Source: a virus
Direction: 5' to 3' (one strand)
Length of the DNA: 64,000 bases
IMG/VR virus record: IMGVR_UViG_3300025141_016046
Location: 11,846 to 75,845 of that record
Made by a program: the position numbers and the translations under genes. Below the pieces are notes generated by a model. That model had not been told where the DNA came from and did not search any database. It worked only from the letters and a program-made list of their open reading frames with translations. Shown here one piece after another: positions 19,910 to 30,296 of this stretch. How positions within the stretch are numbered: position 1 is the first letter of the stretch; the number at the start of each line of letters is the position of its first letter.

Positions 19910-20864
19910 ATATCATTGTGAACATGTTGATAAATGTTGGCTGTCCGACACTATCAATAAAAACCTTTCCAACAAAGAACACATGCTTTGGTGAACCATC
20001 ATCAAGAAGAAAAATACCATAGTCTATCACATCAAGCTTTTTTAATCTTGTGTCAACAATCCCGCCTGTCTCAAAAAATTGACACATCATATTTGATGAA
20101 AAGCTTGTATTTGTAAACTTAACAGTCTTATACTGGGGTATATATTCTTCACTTGGATACCCTGGCCATACTTTTTGAAATAAGTCATACCAGTCACTAG
20201 GCCTACTTTGATTGAGATCTGTGTATTCTCCAAAGTCTTTTTCAGATCCTGTGTCAGATTTATCTGCTGCAACAACAGGAGGTAAAAATTTAAAATTTTC
20301 AATGTGGCCAAGCCTATAATCCATAAATAGAGGCTCAACTGTATCAAGGCTTATTGTAGCACCATCAGGATCTGCAAACGGAGACTCATTGCTAATAGAA
20401 AAATCTATAAAGTCAATATCTGTATTGAACTCATTGTCACCAAGAAATGTCTTAGATGCAATTGTCTGAAGGTTTTTAAAATTATCAATAGACGAGGAAA
20501 GAACTCCATCTACTAGACTTGAAAATACTGACCCGCTAGAGACAGAATCAAGCCTTCTATTGCCAGAGCCTTGAAAGAGCGTTCCATCAGAGCTAACTTC
20601 AATGTCACCGCCATTAAATGCAACTAAATTACCAGAATCATCAGTTTCAAATGTAATCTGATCTCTAGGAAGGCTTACTGCCTCAAAAAATATTCTATCT
20701 GATGCGTCTGCAGATCCACTAGCAATATCTCCCTGATAGAAGGTATGACCATCGGTAAATGTTGCAAATTCAATTCTAAGCTTTCCAGATGTAATCTGAC
20801 GCTTTCCCTCTTCTGTAAGGGTAACATCCATAATTCTAAGCTTGTTATCTAAAATTCCAGCCAC
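19887..20864 (-). CDS. Virion structural protein, N-terminal paralog of 9563-10270
   Basis: MAGILDNKLRIMDVTLTEEGKRQI...IEFATFTD aligns by eye with MGFLDHSTNNIILDAVLTDKGRELL...IVKFALSD. GTG start after a GAGG SD. Confidence 0.58.
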   Translation of the reverse strand: MAGILDNKLRIMDVTLTEEGKRQITSGKLRIEFATFTDGHTFYQGDIASGSADASDRIFFEAVSLPRDQITFETDDSGNLVAFNGGDIEVSSDGTLFQGSGNRRLDSVSSGSVFSSLVDGVLSSSIDNFKNLQTIASKTFLGDNEFNTDIDFIDFSISNESPFADPDGATISLDTVEPLFMDYRLGHIENFKFLPPVVAADKSDTGSEKDFGEYTDLNQSRPSDWYDLFQKVWPGYPSEEYIPQYKTVKFTNTSFSSNMMCQFFETGGIVDTRLKKLDVIDYGIFLLDDGSPKHVFFVGKVFIDSVGQPTFINMFTMIFDRQSEE

Positions 20865-20883
20865 AGCTGCACCTCTTCACTAA

Positions 20884-21495
20884 TTATGTGTTTGTGTCAT
20901 ATTCCCACACACAAGTCATCCTAACTTTTCCAGAAGTACTAGCATATGGATCAATTGATACAGCAACAGTATCTCCTGAGCTAAATGTCGAACTAGAAAA
21001 AGATACAGTTTTTGCTGTATTTGCAGCCGTTAGAGCCTTTGTCTTTGACTCTGTAGCTGATGCACTTACACTTTCAGTTCCGTCTGTACCTTTATGAAAG
21101 GCGATAGTTGTTGCGTGTCCAGGCAAAGAACCCCACGCAACATTTACCTTTATGATCACCTTTTTAAGCTGACCGTCATGAGGCGCTTGAAATCCCACCT
21201 GTTGATCAGTTACAGTAGTAGTTTCTGTGGTTGTATTTATTGGAACATAGCTAACACTTGTAGATGCTATTGTAAAGTTATGATGTGTATAGTGATGTAT
21301 CTTTCCGTTAATATTGTCAGTTACCTTGAGACTTCCTGAAACTATGTTGACATGATTGAACTCTTCATCATCTAATCCAATCTGGATACGATTTGGAAAT
21401 ATTGTTACATCTACATTGCCTTCATCAGATCCCGATCTTACAGTAATAGATTCTGCTTTTCTAAGATCATCTGCTGTCAGGTCTGTTGTTGCCAT
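20884..21495 (-). CDS. Short fibre/adhesin-like virion protein with a beta-rich C-terminal domain
   Basis: Thr/Ser-rich, with a VSGSLKVT fibre-like segment and a jelly-roll-like tail (APHDGQLKKVII...FSSGDTVAVSI...VWEY). Confidence 0.45.
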   Translation of the reverse strand: MATTDLTADDLRKAESITVRSGSDEGNVDVTIFPNRIQIGLDDEEFNHVNIVSGSLKVTDNINGKIHHYTHHNFTIASTSVSYVPINTTTETTTVTDQQVGFQAPHDGQLKKVIIKVNVAWGSLPGHATTIAFHKGTDGTESVSASATESKTKALTAANTAKTVSFSSSTFSSGDTVAVSIDPYASTSGKVRMTCVWEYDTNT

Positions 21496-21504
21496 GTCTT
21501 ATTT

Positions 21505-24500
21505 CTACTTTTTACCAGGGCTAAGAGAAGGAGTCTGCGTTGCTACCCTGACTGAGGTTGAAAGGTCTGTGCCCTTTACAATTGCAACAGTCTTAAGTGT
21601 CGCTGGGTTTGTAATATTGACTATATCACCATCAAAATATGGAATAGATGAGGTTGAAGCAAAGCTCATATTAGAGCATGTTGTTAGATAGGGATCAACT
21701 TCATCATTTGAGCTGGGAGATGTAAATCTACAAAAAACAACTGGGTCACTAATGCTGGTTTTTGTTCTTCCACCGATGGCAAGAACCTCATGATCAGACA
21801 GGAATGGTTCAAAAAATCTTCCATCTTTTCTTTGCTCGAGCATATCTCTAAATTGTCCGAATCTATCTCTTCTAAACACAGCTGTTGGACACTCTGGAGT
21901 TATATTTTGAATTCCGTATCTATACCCTGTTGATCCAGATCCCTGAGGTGCTGCATGTGAAAATGAATCTACAGTATACTCAAATGTCTCAGCTTTGTGC
22001 CAGGGAGTATAGTATGTAGTAGATGTTCCCCCTTTAAATCCTACTTGAAAAAGAACCTGCTTAATTTGAAGCTGTGAACTTTGTCCATAGAGATAGCTTG
22101 AACCGATAGTAGATCCAGGTATTTGACCGTATACTTGCATATTTGTTTCATCTGTTAGCTTTCTTGTTGGATTTCCAACATAAGGAAATGGCATTCTGCT
22201 ATTTCCAGCTTCTACGTAAAAGTCTGGCGGATTAAAAAGAATTGTTGACATAGATCCAGTTGATTGAATCTTTTCAAAACCCTCAGCTCTTTTTGCATAT
22301 TCCTGAATGTCTGGCATAAGAGTGTCATAGTATCTATTGCTGTAGTCTATGCTTGTAACTGATCGCTGAAATGATCCTGCTCTGTTTGGAGCTGTCCCTC
22401 TAGTGAAACTTCCTGCAACACCTCTGACTGATGAGTTGAGATTGCTACTAAACTCACTAGTTACATCATTGTGAGGATATTCACTCGACACCATGGCACC
22501 TGTAACATAATTGTCAACATAGGTTCCAGCATTAGCTGCCTCAGATGAAATATCCCACTGATCAACAATCGGCTCAAATATTGCCTCATGAATAGCGTCA
22601 GATGAAAGAGGCTGATTGAGTGAGTGATGATGTTCCACCTCATCCTTTACCAGAGAGCCGTAAAATATAACTATCTGTCTTTCTTTCGATTGGAACAGTT
22701 CCAGGTAAGAACCTGTTAGTGAATTCTGACCTCCGAAACCACCTCCACTATTTCCAGAACCTGTTAGCTCAGAAACATTTCCTGGTGCTATCGCTGCTTC
22801 CATCCCAAAGACTATCTCATCTTCAGGAAAGAGAAGATAGGGTGAAACTGCAGACTGATTTCTATTTGGGGTATTTGCCAGTCCAGCTTCTGCAGCTGAA
22901 TTAGATCCAAACACTGTCCTAGAAGATTCTAGCGGCCCCATGGGCTTAGTTGTTCTAGGGTCAACAGCTGCTATGGAAAGATTTCTTGCAGCAAATGTTT
23001 CATTTAAAAATCCTGTGGAAGAACCTCCTGCAACATGCTCCTCATAGTATTGTCTGAATGTAAATCCAGCATTTCCGCCGTAAGATGCGTCAATTCCTAC
23101 CTTTCCTGTATACTGTGAGGGGTATACCTTATCATAGTCAAATGCTCCGCTTATACTCCCTGGAACCTTTCTTAATCCATCATGCATAAACGGGTTTATG
23201 GATGTCCCACCCGGCCAGTAGTGATAGACTGCCTTGGGAGTAGTTGTTGTCTTATCAGCCTGGATTGTATCTCCCGGCAAGACAGACCTTCCCTTAAATC
23301 CCTTTCCTGCAACTGCCGGCTGGAGTTCTAGCTTTAAAGACCCTGTGTATTGAAGAACTAGCTGTCCTGCATACGGAGCTTGTTCTATTCCAAAATCATG
23401 TGAAAAAGCTGGAGAATTAATTGGTGCGTAAGTATAATGACCGTCAGTGCTTCTATCTTGGGCGGCACCCGCCATGGTAAAGCAGTGACTGTTGTAAAAT
23501 GACATAACACCGCTGCAAACTAAGAACCTTTGACTTCCTGAGACATCTGCTGCTGAGTCTACTCTAAACGCCTTAGATGGTGTAGGTGTGCTTGCACCTC
23601 CTCCCTTAAAGCTTCCACTTATATTTGCTCTCTCCTGCCTGTAGATAAAGAACACATAGTCATCTTGATGTCGATTAGCTGCTCCCTCTCTAGGTCTAGG
23701 GTGAACTCTCTGTGCCCTTCCCTCCATCTTAACGACAACCTTCTCCAGCAAAAATGGATGAGAAATGTAGTCAGACATTCTAATTGTATTGCTGCTTGTA
23801 GCATGGTATATCGTCTTAAAGGGTGCAAATGATGTAATTGTAGGTGATCCGATAAGATGATACATTGACGACCTAAGCAAGGGAGCTAGACCTTGGTCGT
23901 GTGAGCTAGTAGCACTAAGAACGCTGTCTGTAATTACCTGGTGGTTACAAGGTACAAACTGTTGTGGGTACGTATTTGTACCTGATGTGCATGAGTTTAT
24001 ATCAGTGTTTCCGCCCTTGATGGCATAATCATACCTTATAGGCTGACCCGTAAGAGGGTCAGTAAGTCCAATCTGATCCCACTTTCTATCGACATTATTC
24101 CAATATGCAAAGCCTGTCTTAGAGGGTTTTGTACTTGAAAGAGTTGGCTCTAAAAGAACATTTCTCTTTCTGTTTGCTCTCGTAAGAGTTAGAGGTGCTG
24201 ACTCATCTCCTGTCGGAGTTATATCAAAGAATATGGAGGTCTTGCTCTTTAAGGGCGAGGTAAATCCATCCATAATCTCTCTCTTGGTTCCTGTTAAATA
24301 GAAGTCAGTGTCCTGGAGAGGTATAAGACTATCATCATATGGACCAAGAGATTCACCAGGTGTAAACTGAACACGTTTGTCAGATACTCCCTTTCTTAGC
24401 TCTCTTGTGACAGTGCCTAGTGAGCTTGTCGGATATATAAAGTTTGTCGAGTCAACGTCTAATACTTGAGGATAGACAGCAGCTGTATTTGTAAATAGAA

Positions 24501-25614
24501 CTGTTTTACTATCATCAAATAGGACGTTGTATTTTCCCGTTCTAGTTCTATCACCAGTTCTATTGATGGTGGGATATGACCCAGTTGCAGAATCAAGTCT
24601 TCTCAGCTCAAGCCTGTAGGGTTCACTTAAGTATCCAGACTTATTAGAGTAAAATCCCTTTCTTGCAGCGTACAGGGCAGATGCAGCATTTTCATTAACA
24701 AGCCTGCTTCCCTTTGGAATATCCTTCCAAAAGGCAATCTCAGACATGGATCCTTTAAAAAATTCTGAATTTGATGTAAAAACACCAGCTCCGTTTACCT
24801 GTCTTTGAGCGCCTATTGTCAAAGGAGGTAGCGGACTTGGCAGCGTCAGGCCACCCCAGCTATTTTTCGTAGTTGTAGATGACTGTCTAGTTCCGTTGAC
24901 AAAAATTGCTATCACAGGATCTGATGCAGCTTTTGTCTGGTCTACATAGAGAAGTATGTGTGCCCAGGATCCATCATGCGGCCACGAAGTGTCCATCTTC
25001 TCTTCTATAAAGTCGGCTGTTTGTGCTGCAGATCCCTCATACATTCTAAAAGTTAATTTATCGTCATCGTCTTCAAAGTAAAGTCTGTAGACCATCTTTG
25101 TCTGTGATGCATTATTCCCATTATTTCGAGCTAGTGAGACAATGGTGTCGTCATTTGAAGAACCACCTGTTCTGTTTACCCATGCCTGGATGCAGAAACC
25201 AAGTGTTGTTGATGCTGAGGGTGTGTATTCAGAGTCTCCGACACCCGAACCGTTGTCTACAAGATATACAGTATTGGTATCATTAAAAGTTGCTGAAAGA
25301 GGTCTTTGCCTGTCTGGGCCGTCTTTGACATCAAATGGATTGTCAGCCTCTAAGCCAACATCTGAGACACCTGATAGTGTTCCGTTGTGGCTATCGTTGT
25401 ACTGGTTGACTGCTGTCGGTGTTCCCCCGGGCTTTCTAAAATCCCACCAGCCAGCAAGATATCCTCCTAGCTCATACTCAAGATTCGTCTTTCCCTGTCT
25501 TCCCCTTCCAGCTCTTCCCACACCTAATGTAGAAAAATTTAATCTTAAGTCTGGATATTCTCTAACTCTATCAACAGGCCTATTAAAATCGCCTAACTGC
25601 TTATTGTCACTCAT
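21505..25614 (-). CDS. Large LamG-domain virion protein (receptor-binding/baseplate candidate)
   Basis: LamG motifs LAGWWDF, FCIQAWV, WAHILL, IFVNG, LTIGA, FKGSMSEIAFW in the N-terminal ~320 aa. Confidence 0.7.
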   Translation of the reverse strand: MSDNKQLGDFNRPVDRVREYPDLRLNFSTLGVGRAGRGRQGKTNLEYELGGYLAGWWDFRKPGGTPTAVNQYNDSHNGTLSGVSDVGLEADNPFDVKDGPDRQRPLSATFNDTNTVYLVDNGSGVGDSEYTPSASTTLGFCIQAWVNRTGGSSNDDTIVSLARNNGNNASQTKMVYRLYFEDDDDKLTFRMYEGSAAQTADFIEEKMDTSWPHDGSWAHILLYVDQTKAASDPVIAIFVNGTRQSSTTTKNSWGGLTLPSPLPPLTIGAQRQVNGAGVFTSNSEFFKGSMSEIAFWKDIPKGSRLVNENAASALYAARKGFYSNKSGYLSEPYRLELRRLDSATGSYPTINRTGDRTRTGKYNVLFDDSKTVLFTNTAAVYPQVLDVDSTNFIYPTSSLGTVTRELRKGVSDKRVQFTPGESLGPYDDSLIPLQDTDFYLTGTKREIMDGFTSPLKSKTSIFFDITPTGDESAPLTLTRANRKRNVLLEPTLSSTKPSKTGFAYWNNVDRKWDQIGLTDPLTGQPIRYDYAIKGGNTDINSCTSGTNTYPQQFVPCNHQVITDSVLSATSSHDQGLAPLLRSSMYHLIGSPTITSFAPFKTIYHATSSNTIRMSDYISHPFLLEKVVVKMEGRAQRVHPRPREGAANRHQDDYVFFIYRQERANISGSFKGGGASTPTPSKAFRVDSAADVSGSQRFLVCSGVMSFYNSHCFTMAGAAQDRSTDGHYTYAPINSPAFSHDFGIEQAPYAGQLVLQYTGSLKLELQPAVAGKGFKGRSVLPGDTIQADKTTTTPKAVYHYWPGGTSINPFMHDGLRKVPGSISGAFDYDKVYPSQYTGKVGIDASYGGNAGFTFRQYYEEHVAGGSSTGFLNETFAARNLSIAAVDPRTTKPMGPLESSRTVFGSNSAAEAGLANTPNRNQSAVSPYLLFPEDEIVFGMEAAIAPGNVSELTGSGNSGGGFGGQNSLTGSYLELFQSKERQIVIFYGSLVKDEVEHHHSLNQPLSSDAIHEAIFEPIVDQWDISSEAANAGTYVDNYVTGAMVSSEYPHNDVTSEFSSNLNSSVRGVAGSFTRGTAPNRAGSFQRSVTSIDYSNRYYDTLMPDIQEYAKRAEGFEKIQSTGSMSTILFNPPDFYVEAGNSRMPFPYVGNPTRKLTDETNMQVYGQIPGSTIGSSYLYGQSSQLQIKQVLFQVGFKGGTSTTYYTPWHKAETFEYTVDSFSHAAPQGSGSTGYRYGIQNITPECPTAVFRRDRFGQFRDMLEQRKDGRFFEPFLSDHEVLAIGGRTKTSISDPVVFCRFTSPSSNDEVDPYLTTCSNMSFASTSSIPYFDGDIVNITNPATLKTVAIVKGTDLSTSVRVATQTPSLSPGKK

Positions 25615-26564
25615 CTTTTTAATCCACCAAATGCTATTGAATCAGTTCCAAGGGGATTATTATCATAATCAAATCCTGCACCTTGAGATTTGTGATGATC
25701 GTCTATCATCCCTATGTCTCTAATTGAGCCTGTTCCAACTAGTATTTTGCAAAATTGATCTTTTGAATCAAGAAAAGGAGGTAGCTTTCTCTGAATATCT
25801 GTATTATACCCCGGGGCAAAGAGAGTAATACTCTCGTTTGATAATCCTGACTCTGCTGCGTCTATAAACGGGCTTGATGACTCTCTATGTGAGCTTGATA
25901 TGTGGAGTATCTGTGTAATTAGATCTGCTCCGTTTGCACGATGTGTGCTTCCTCCTAAAATATCTGCCCTCACCTTGTGTGCAACAAATGGAGTTTCTGC
26001 AGATCTATTGCTTATAACCTCTCTAATTGCAAGCGGCTCTATTACTCCATCAAGCTGATCTGGATATTTCATTGAAACATTGTCAAGTATTACTGGATAA
26101 GATTGTGAGCCATCTTCATCCTGAATGTATGCTATTGCTCCGCCATAGGCAGATGTAACATCAGATACAATTCTAGTGTAGACCTTCATTATGCCTATAT
26201 CTTCATAGGGTTCATTATCTAAAAATAATTTTGGCTGACCAAACCCTGAAACCTGCACAGAATGAATATCTACTGACTTTTCTCCATCAAAGCCATCCGA
26301 TGTCATGATTGGAAGACAGCCAATTGTTCCTATAATTCCTGTTGAACCCACTGTAGATGGAGAATCTCTCCTTAGATATCTTCTTGATACAACGCTGACG
26401 CCCTGTCTAAATCTATCAATTTTAGAAGTATTCATACCCCCTTCAGCACTATTCATTAGGCTAAATGAGGAGCTTACCCCAACCATTGCTGGCGTAGTCT
26501 TAGTAGCTGACCCTGTTAGGGCAAGAATCTTTCCAAACCTATCTTTAAATGGTGAAATTGTCAT
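25611..26564 (-). CDS. Hypothetical virion protein
   Basis: Translationally coupled within the baseplate operon (ATGA overlap with the downstream gene). No known motif. Confidence 0.5.
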   Translation of the reverse strand: MTISPFKDRFGKILALTGSATKTTPAMVGVSSSFSLMNSAEGGMNTSKIDRFRQGVSVVSRRYLRRDSPSTVGSTGIIGTIGCLPIMTSDGFDGEKSVDIHSVQVSGFGQPKLFLDNEPYEDIGIMKVYTRIVSDVTSAYGGAIAYIQDEDGSQSYPVILDNVSMKYPDQLDGVIEPLAIREVISNRSAETPFVAHKVRADILGGSTHRANGADLITQILHISSSHRESSSPFIDAAESGLSNESITLFAPGYNTDIQRKLPPFLDSKDQFCKILVGTGSIRDIGMIDDHHKSQGAGFDYDNNPLGTDSIAFGGLKR

Positions 26565-26567
26565 ATG

Positions 26568-29500
26568 TTATCCATCCGCCATCATTGAAGCAATTACAAG
26601 ATTGTGTATAGCAGTAACAATGTCTGGATCTCTTTCAGAGAGCTTTAGATAAATTTCATCAGAAAGGTATCTCATCCTATGCCTTTCTAAAACGTGAGAC
26701 TCTATTACAAAGTTAACACCATTAAAACTTGTCTTTTTAGGTATGAGTTGCTCAATCATAATGCCCAACATAGAGTCAAACCATTTGAAAAATTCAAAAA
26801 ATTGCTTAATGTTAATCTTATCAACAAGCCTGTTAAAATAAATCTTTCTCATTTGCTCGAGATCGGGATAGAAGTCATCGAACATTAGATTTGGGTCGCC
26901 TAGAGCATTATCAAAGAAATCTAATGATGAGAACATTGTCATAATATCTTCATCTACTGCTTGCGCAATAGAGAAGTCTACAGCAAATCTTGTATCGTCG
27001 TCAGGAATATCATCCCTAGGGATTTCAAAAAGAGGTGCACTATATGCATAGTCACTATCTTGAACCTTGTCACTAGAGAAGTAACTTCTAACTCTAACTT
27101 TTTCATCTGTTTCGGACATATCAAATCTAGGTGAAAGATGGCTATAGTGAAACTCTGAAGGTATTATGACTCTTTTATCTGTCTCAAACCCAGACCCTGA
27201 CATATTGAAATACCTCTTCTCATCACCTCTCGTTCCATGAAGTGCAGGACGTGGACCGAATATTCCCCACGGCCTTTCTTGTTTTCCAAATTCCTGCTGT
27301 TGTGAAAAATCAATAACGTCTATGGTTCCTAGTGTGTTTGATTCAGTTACTATTTGATCTGTAGTTGCATCAATCCTCAATCTTCCCCAAGTTCCAGTGG
27401 CGACCTTGTCAAAGTTAAAGTTCTTCTTTGGATCCTCTACCCCTAGAGACTTAAAGTTTCTAGTGTGCTCTTTAAACTCCTCCTCTGTCAAACCTTTTGA
27501 CCAAAATCTAATATGGCCCACTCGTCCTGAAAAGTTTGTGTATCTTGCAGGTCCCCATCCATCAGATGTGGGTAGAGAAGACTCAGAATTTAAAAATCTT
27601 GTGTCTGTGTCTCTTATGCTTTGTGATCCAATTACTATAAATGAACCTGACTTATTATAAAACTTACTTATATTCTGCTGACTATCTGTGCCTATTTGAA
27701 AGCTATCAAATAGACTTGCCGTAGTGTGGTATTCTCTCAGTTCTCCGAAGCCATTTCTTGCGCACCTTAAAAAGTAAGATCCGCTTGTCGGGGAGAGAGT
27801 GCCAGATACGGGATCATCTGCTCGATATCTTCCAAATGAAACATTCCACATGTTTCCATCAAATATTTCTGCACCCGTCAGCACTAGTCTTATTGCAGGT
27901 GAAGATGCGTCCCAGTTCGGTCTACCAAAGAGCTCTACTGTGCTAGACCCTGAGTATGCAACAACATTGAATATAACAGCATGCCGCTGTAACGGTAAAG
28001 TCTGTGTTCCTGTGATGTGCATTCTGGCAAGGCTCTGTGTGGGAAAGTGTGAACCAGTTATCATCACAGGCATTTGATAGATTCCCTCATATGTCCAAGA
28101 GCCAGATGTAAATAGTCCATCGTCACTATTGTTTGAGATACCGTGAACATTATGATCCCATCGTGTATCATCTTTACCGGTTCTATCTATGTGCTTGTTA
28201 ACAAATGTCCCCTGTGGTTCAGGATATCCCGCTTCAAATCTACTTGAGCTCAAATATGTAGACATTAACCTCGGATATTTAAATGATCCCGTTAAAAATC
28301 CCTGTTTATTTATCTCAGAGGCTCTTAGCGTAGGATTGTCCATTGCTGATAAAGACCCAGAAAAGTCTATCATTGATGAGACCTCTGATCTTTTTACCCT
28401 TAGGTTTCTTAATGTTTTTGAGGTTGGACCGCCGAATTCTCTAATTCTAAGTATATTATCTGGCTCTATTCCAACTGATCTTATAAGAGACTTAATACTG
28501 TGAACAGTTCCTCGAGATACAGTAATCTCTCTCATGTTTGTTAGAATTCTTCTCCATATTTGATTTTGCACATAGTTTAGTGAACCACCTGCCCTTGATG
28601 GATCAAGTGTTAAGTTTTCTCCATCAACCTGTTGAAGAATACTTGCGTTATTGAAAACCCTAGGGAGCTCAATTCCAAGATACTTTCCTGCAAACAATAG
28701 GAATGGATCTGATATGCTCTCGTTCTCGTAATAGTCAACATTTGTTAGATTTGAAAATTCATCTATAAACAGCTTTATTTCATCAAATTGTTTTGCATAT
28801 GTGAGCAGAAGAGCTGTTAATATCTGCGCAGATCCAAGATCACCAGTTCCGGGTATTGAAGATCCCGAATAGTTTGAAGATATATCTCCGTCAATAGTAT
28901 TGAAGCCCTGTGCTTCTTGCCCTTCTTCCAGATAGTGTTGGGGAATTAGCTTTGTAATTAAGTTTGGATTGTCATTATCATATGAACTAGCTGATAATAA
29001 TAGATCAGTGTTTAGGGTTGTTATGTCTTCAAGCTTAGGAAATAAAACTGGTGATAGATCTAAATTCTCATAAATCATTGGTGAATTAATTTCAGTACCA
29101 TAGAATGAGCTGGTGCCCCGTAGAGCTATGTCATTTTTCGCTGTATGATAGTTGGATATTCTTGAGTGAAGTGACTTACCAGAGCTGTCTAACACAATAT
29201 CGTTAACACCTGTTGATCCGCTTGGCTCATTAAATTTAAAGTAAAGCTTTAAGTCATGAGATGCATAAATAGATTTTTTTGCATATTCTTTTTGATCCTC
29301 TAGTGTCCTAATGCTGTGAAAAAATCTAAACTCATCAATTGATCCGGATAGAGTTTCTGCAGGTGTAAATTGCCAATCTGATGAATCTGTCTCACTAGAA
29401 GTTCCACTGAGATACTGTATTGAGCCAGAGCCGATTGTAAAGAAGCTGTCAGGAGTAAACCCAAGCTTACCTGTCTCAATCTCTCCGTCCGACTCGCCAG

Positions 29501-30296
29501 CAAGAGATTCATTAATATAAAACCTAAGCTTATTGACGCCTTCTGACCTGTCACAAACAACACAGACATGCTCAAAAGAGCCCTTAGAGATTGTACCAGA
29601 TGCAACTAGAGCGCTTGTTCCAGACACGACAGAGAATATTAAGGCTACATCAGATGTTGATGAAGTTCCAAATGCAAGAAGACCAAATCCATAGTTTCTC
29701 TTCTCCATTCTCTGAAAGATTACCTGGTCGTTGTTTGTTGCTGACGGGATAAAGAGTTGCATCTCAGCAGAAAATGACCCTGTTGTTGGATCAAGTATTT
29801 TCTCACCAGTTGCAAGTGATGAAAATTCAGGAAATAAACTTCCTGCTTGATCTCTAACTTTGATATACGTTCCGTTATCAGGTCCGGCAGAAGCACCTGA
29901 TCCTGAAAAATTAAGGTAGCCCTTATTTTTTGGAAACTTTTTAAGAATTTCCATCTCATACCCAGTAAGACTATCAAGATATGTCTCAAGCTCTCTTCTT
30001 GTTCCATCAAATGGAAATCCATTGATAATTCTATCAAATGCAACATTTACCTTGGAAACTGCTGAATTAAAAAATGTATGATTTTCAAAATGATCCCAGT
30101 CTATATTGAGCTGCTGGGTTGACTTCATTCCCTGGCCTGGGCTATCATACCTAAATGATGATGTACTCTCTATGTCTGTGCTTTCAACATCAGAGAGTGA
30201 AGACTCGTTTGCCCTTCCGCTTCCTAGCTTAATTCCCCTTATTGTTGCAGGCTTAAAAAGTCTAGGTGTGTTTAGATCATAAAGACTATTTGACAT
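26568..30296 (-). CDS. Baseplate wedge-like protein with two LamG-like domains
   Basis: LamG motifs FEHVCVV, FYIN, SGSIDEFRFF and GRVGHIRFW. Central WRRILTNM...RGTVHSIKSLIRSVG matches the KGT...I..L motif of P2 gpI-type wedge proteins. Confidence 0.68.
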   Translation of the reverse strand: MSNSLYDLNTPRLFKPATIRGIKLGSGRANESSLSDVESTDIESTSSFRYDSPGQGMKSTQQLNIDWDHFENHTFFNSAVSKVNVAFDRIINGFPFDGTRRELETYLDSLTGYEMEILKKFPKNKGYLNFSGSGASAGPDNGTYIKVRDQAGSLFPEFSSLATGEKILDPTTGSFSAEMQLFIPSATNNDQVIFQRMEKRNYGFGLLAFGTSSTSDVALIFSVVSGTSALVASGTISKGSFEHVCVVCDRSEGVNKLRFYINESLAGESDGEIETGKLGFTPDSFFTIGSGSIQYLSGTSSETDSSDWQFTPAETLSGSIDEFRFFHSIRTLEDQKEYAKKSIYASHDLKLYFKFNEPSGSTGVNDIVLDSSGKSLHSRISNYHTAKNDIALRGTSSFYGTEINSPMIYENLDLSPVLFPKLEDITTLNTDLLLSASSYDNDNPNLITKLIPQHYLEEGQEAQGFNTIDGDISSNYSGSSIPGTGDLGSAQILTALLLTYAKQFDEIKLFIDEFSNLTNVDYYENESISDPFLLFAGKYLGIELPRVFNNASILQQVDGENLTLDPSRAGGSLNYVQNQIWRRILTNMREITVSRGTVHSIKSLIRSVGIEPDNILRIREFGGPTSKTLRNLRVKRSEVSSMIDFSGSLSAMDNPTLRASEINKQGFLTGSFKYPRLMSTYLSSSRFEAGYPEPQGTFVNKHIDRTGKDDTRWDHNVHGISNNSDDGLFTSGSWTYEGIYQMPVMITGSHFPTQSLARMHITGTQTLPLQRHAVIFNVVAYSGSSTVELFGRPNWDASSPAIRLVLTGAEIFDGNMWNVSFGRYRADDPVSGTLSPTSGSYFLRCARNGFGELREYHTTASLFDSFQIGTDSQQNISKFYNKSGSFIVIGSQSIRDTDTRFLNSESSLPTSDGWGPARYTNFSGRVGHIRFWSKGLTEEEFKEHTRNFKSLGVEDPKKNFNFDKVATGTWGRLRIDATTDQIVTESNTLGTIDVIDFSQQQEFGKQERPWGIFGPRPALHGTRGDEKRYFNMSGSGFETDKRVIIPSEFHYSHLSPRFDMSETDEKVRVRSYFSSDKVQDSDYAYSAPLFEIPRDDIPDDDTRFAVDFSIAQAVDEDIMTMFSSLDFFDNALGDPNLMFDDFYPDLEQMRKIYFNRLVDKINIKQFFEFFKWFDSMLGIMIEQLIPKKTSFNGVNFVIESHVLERHRMRYLSDEIYLKLSERDPDIVTAIHNLVIASMMADG

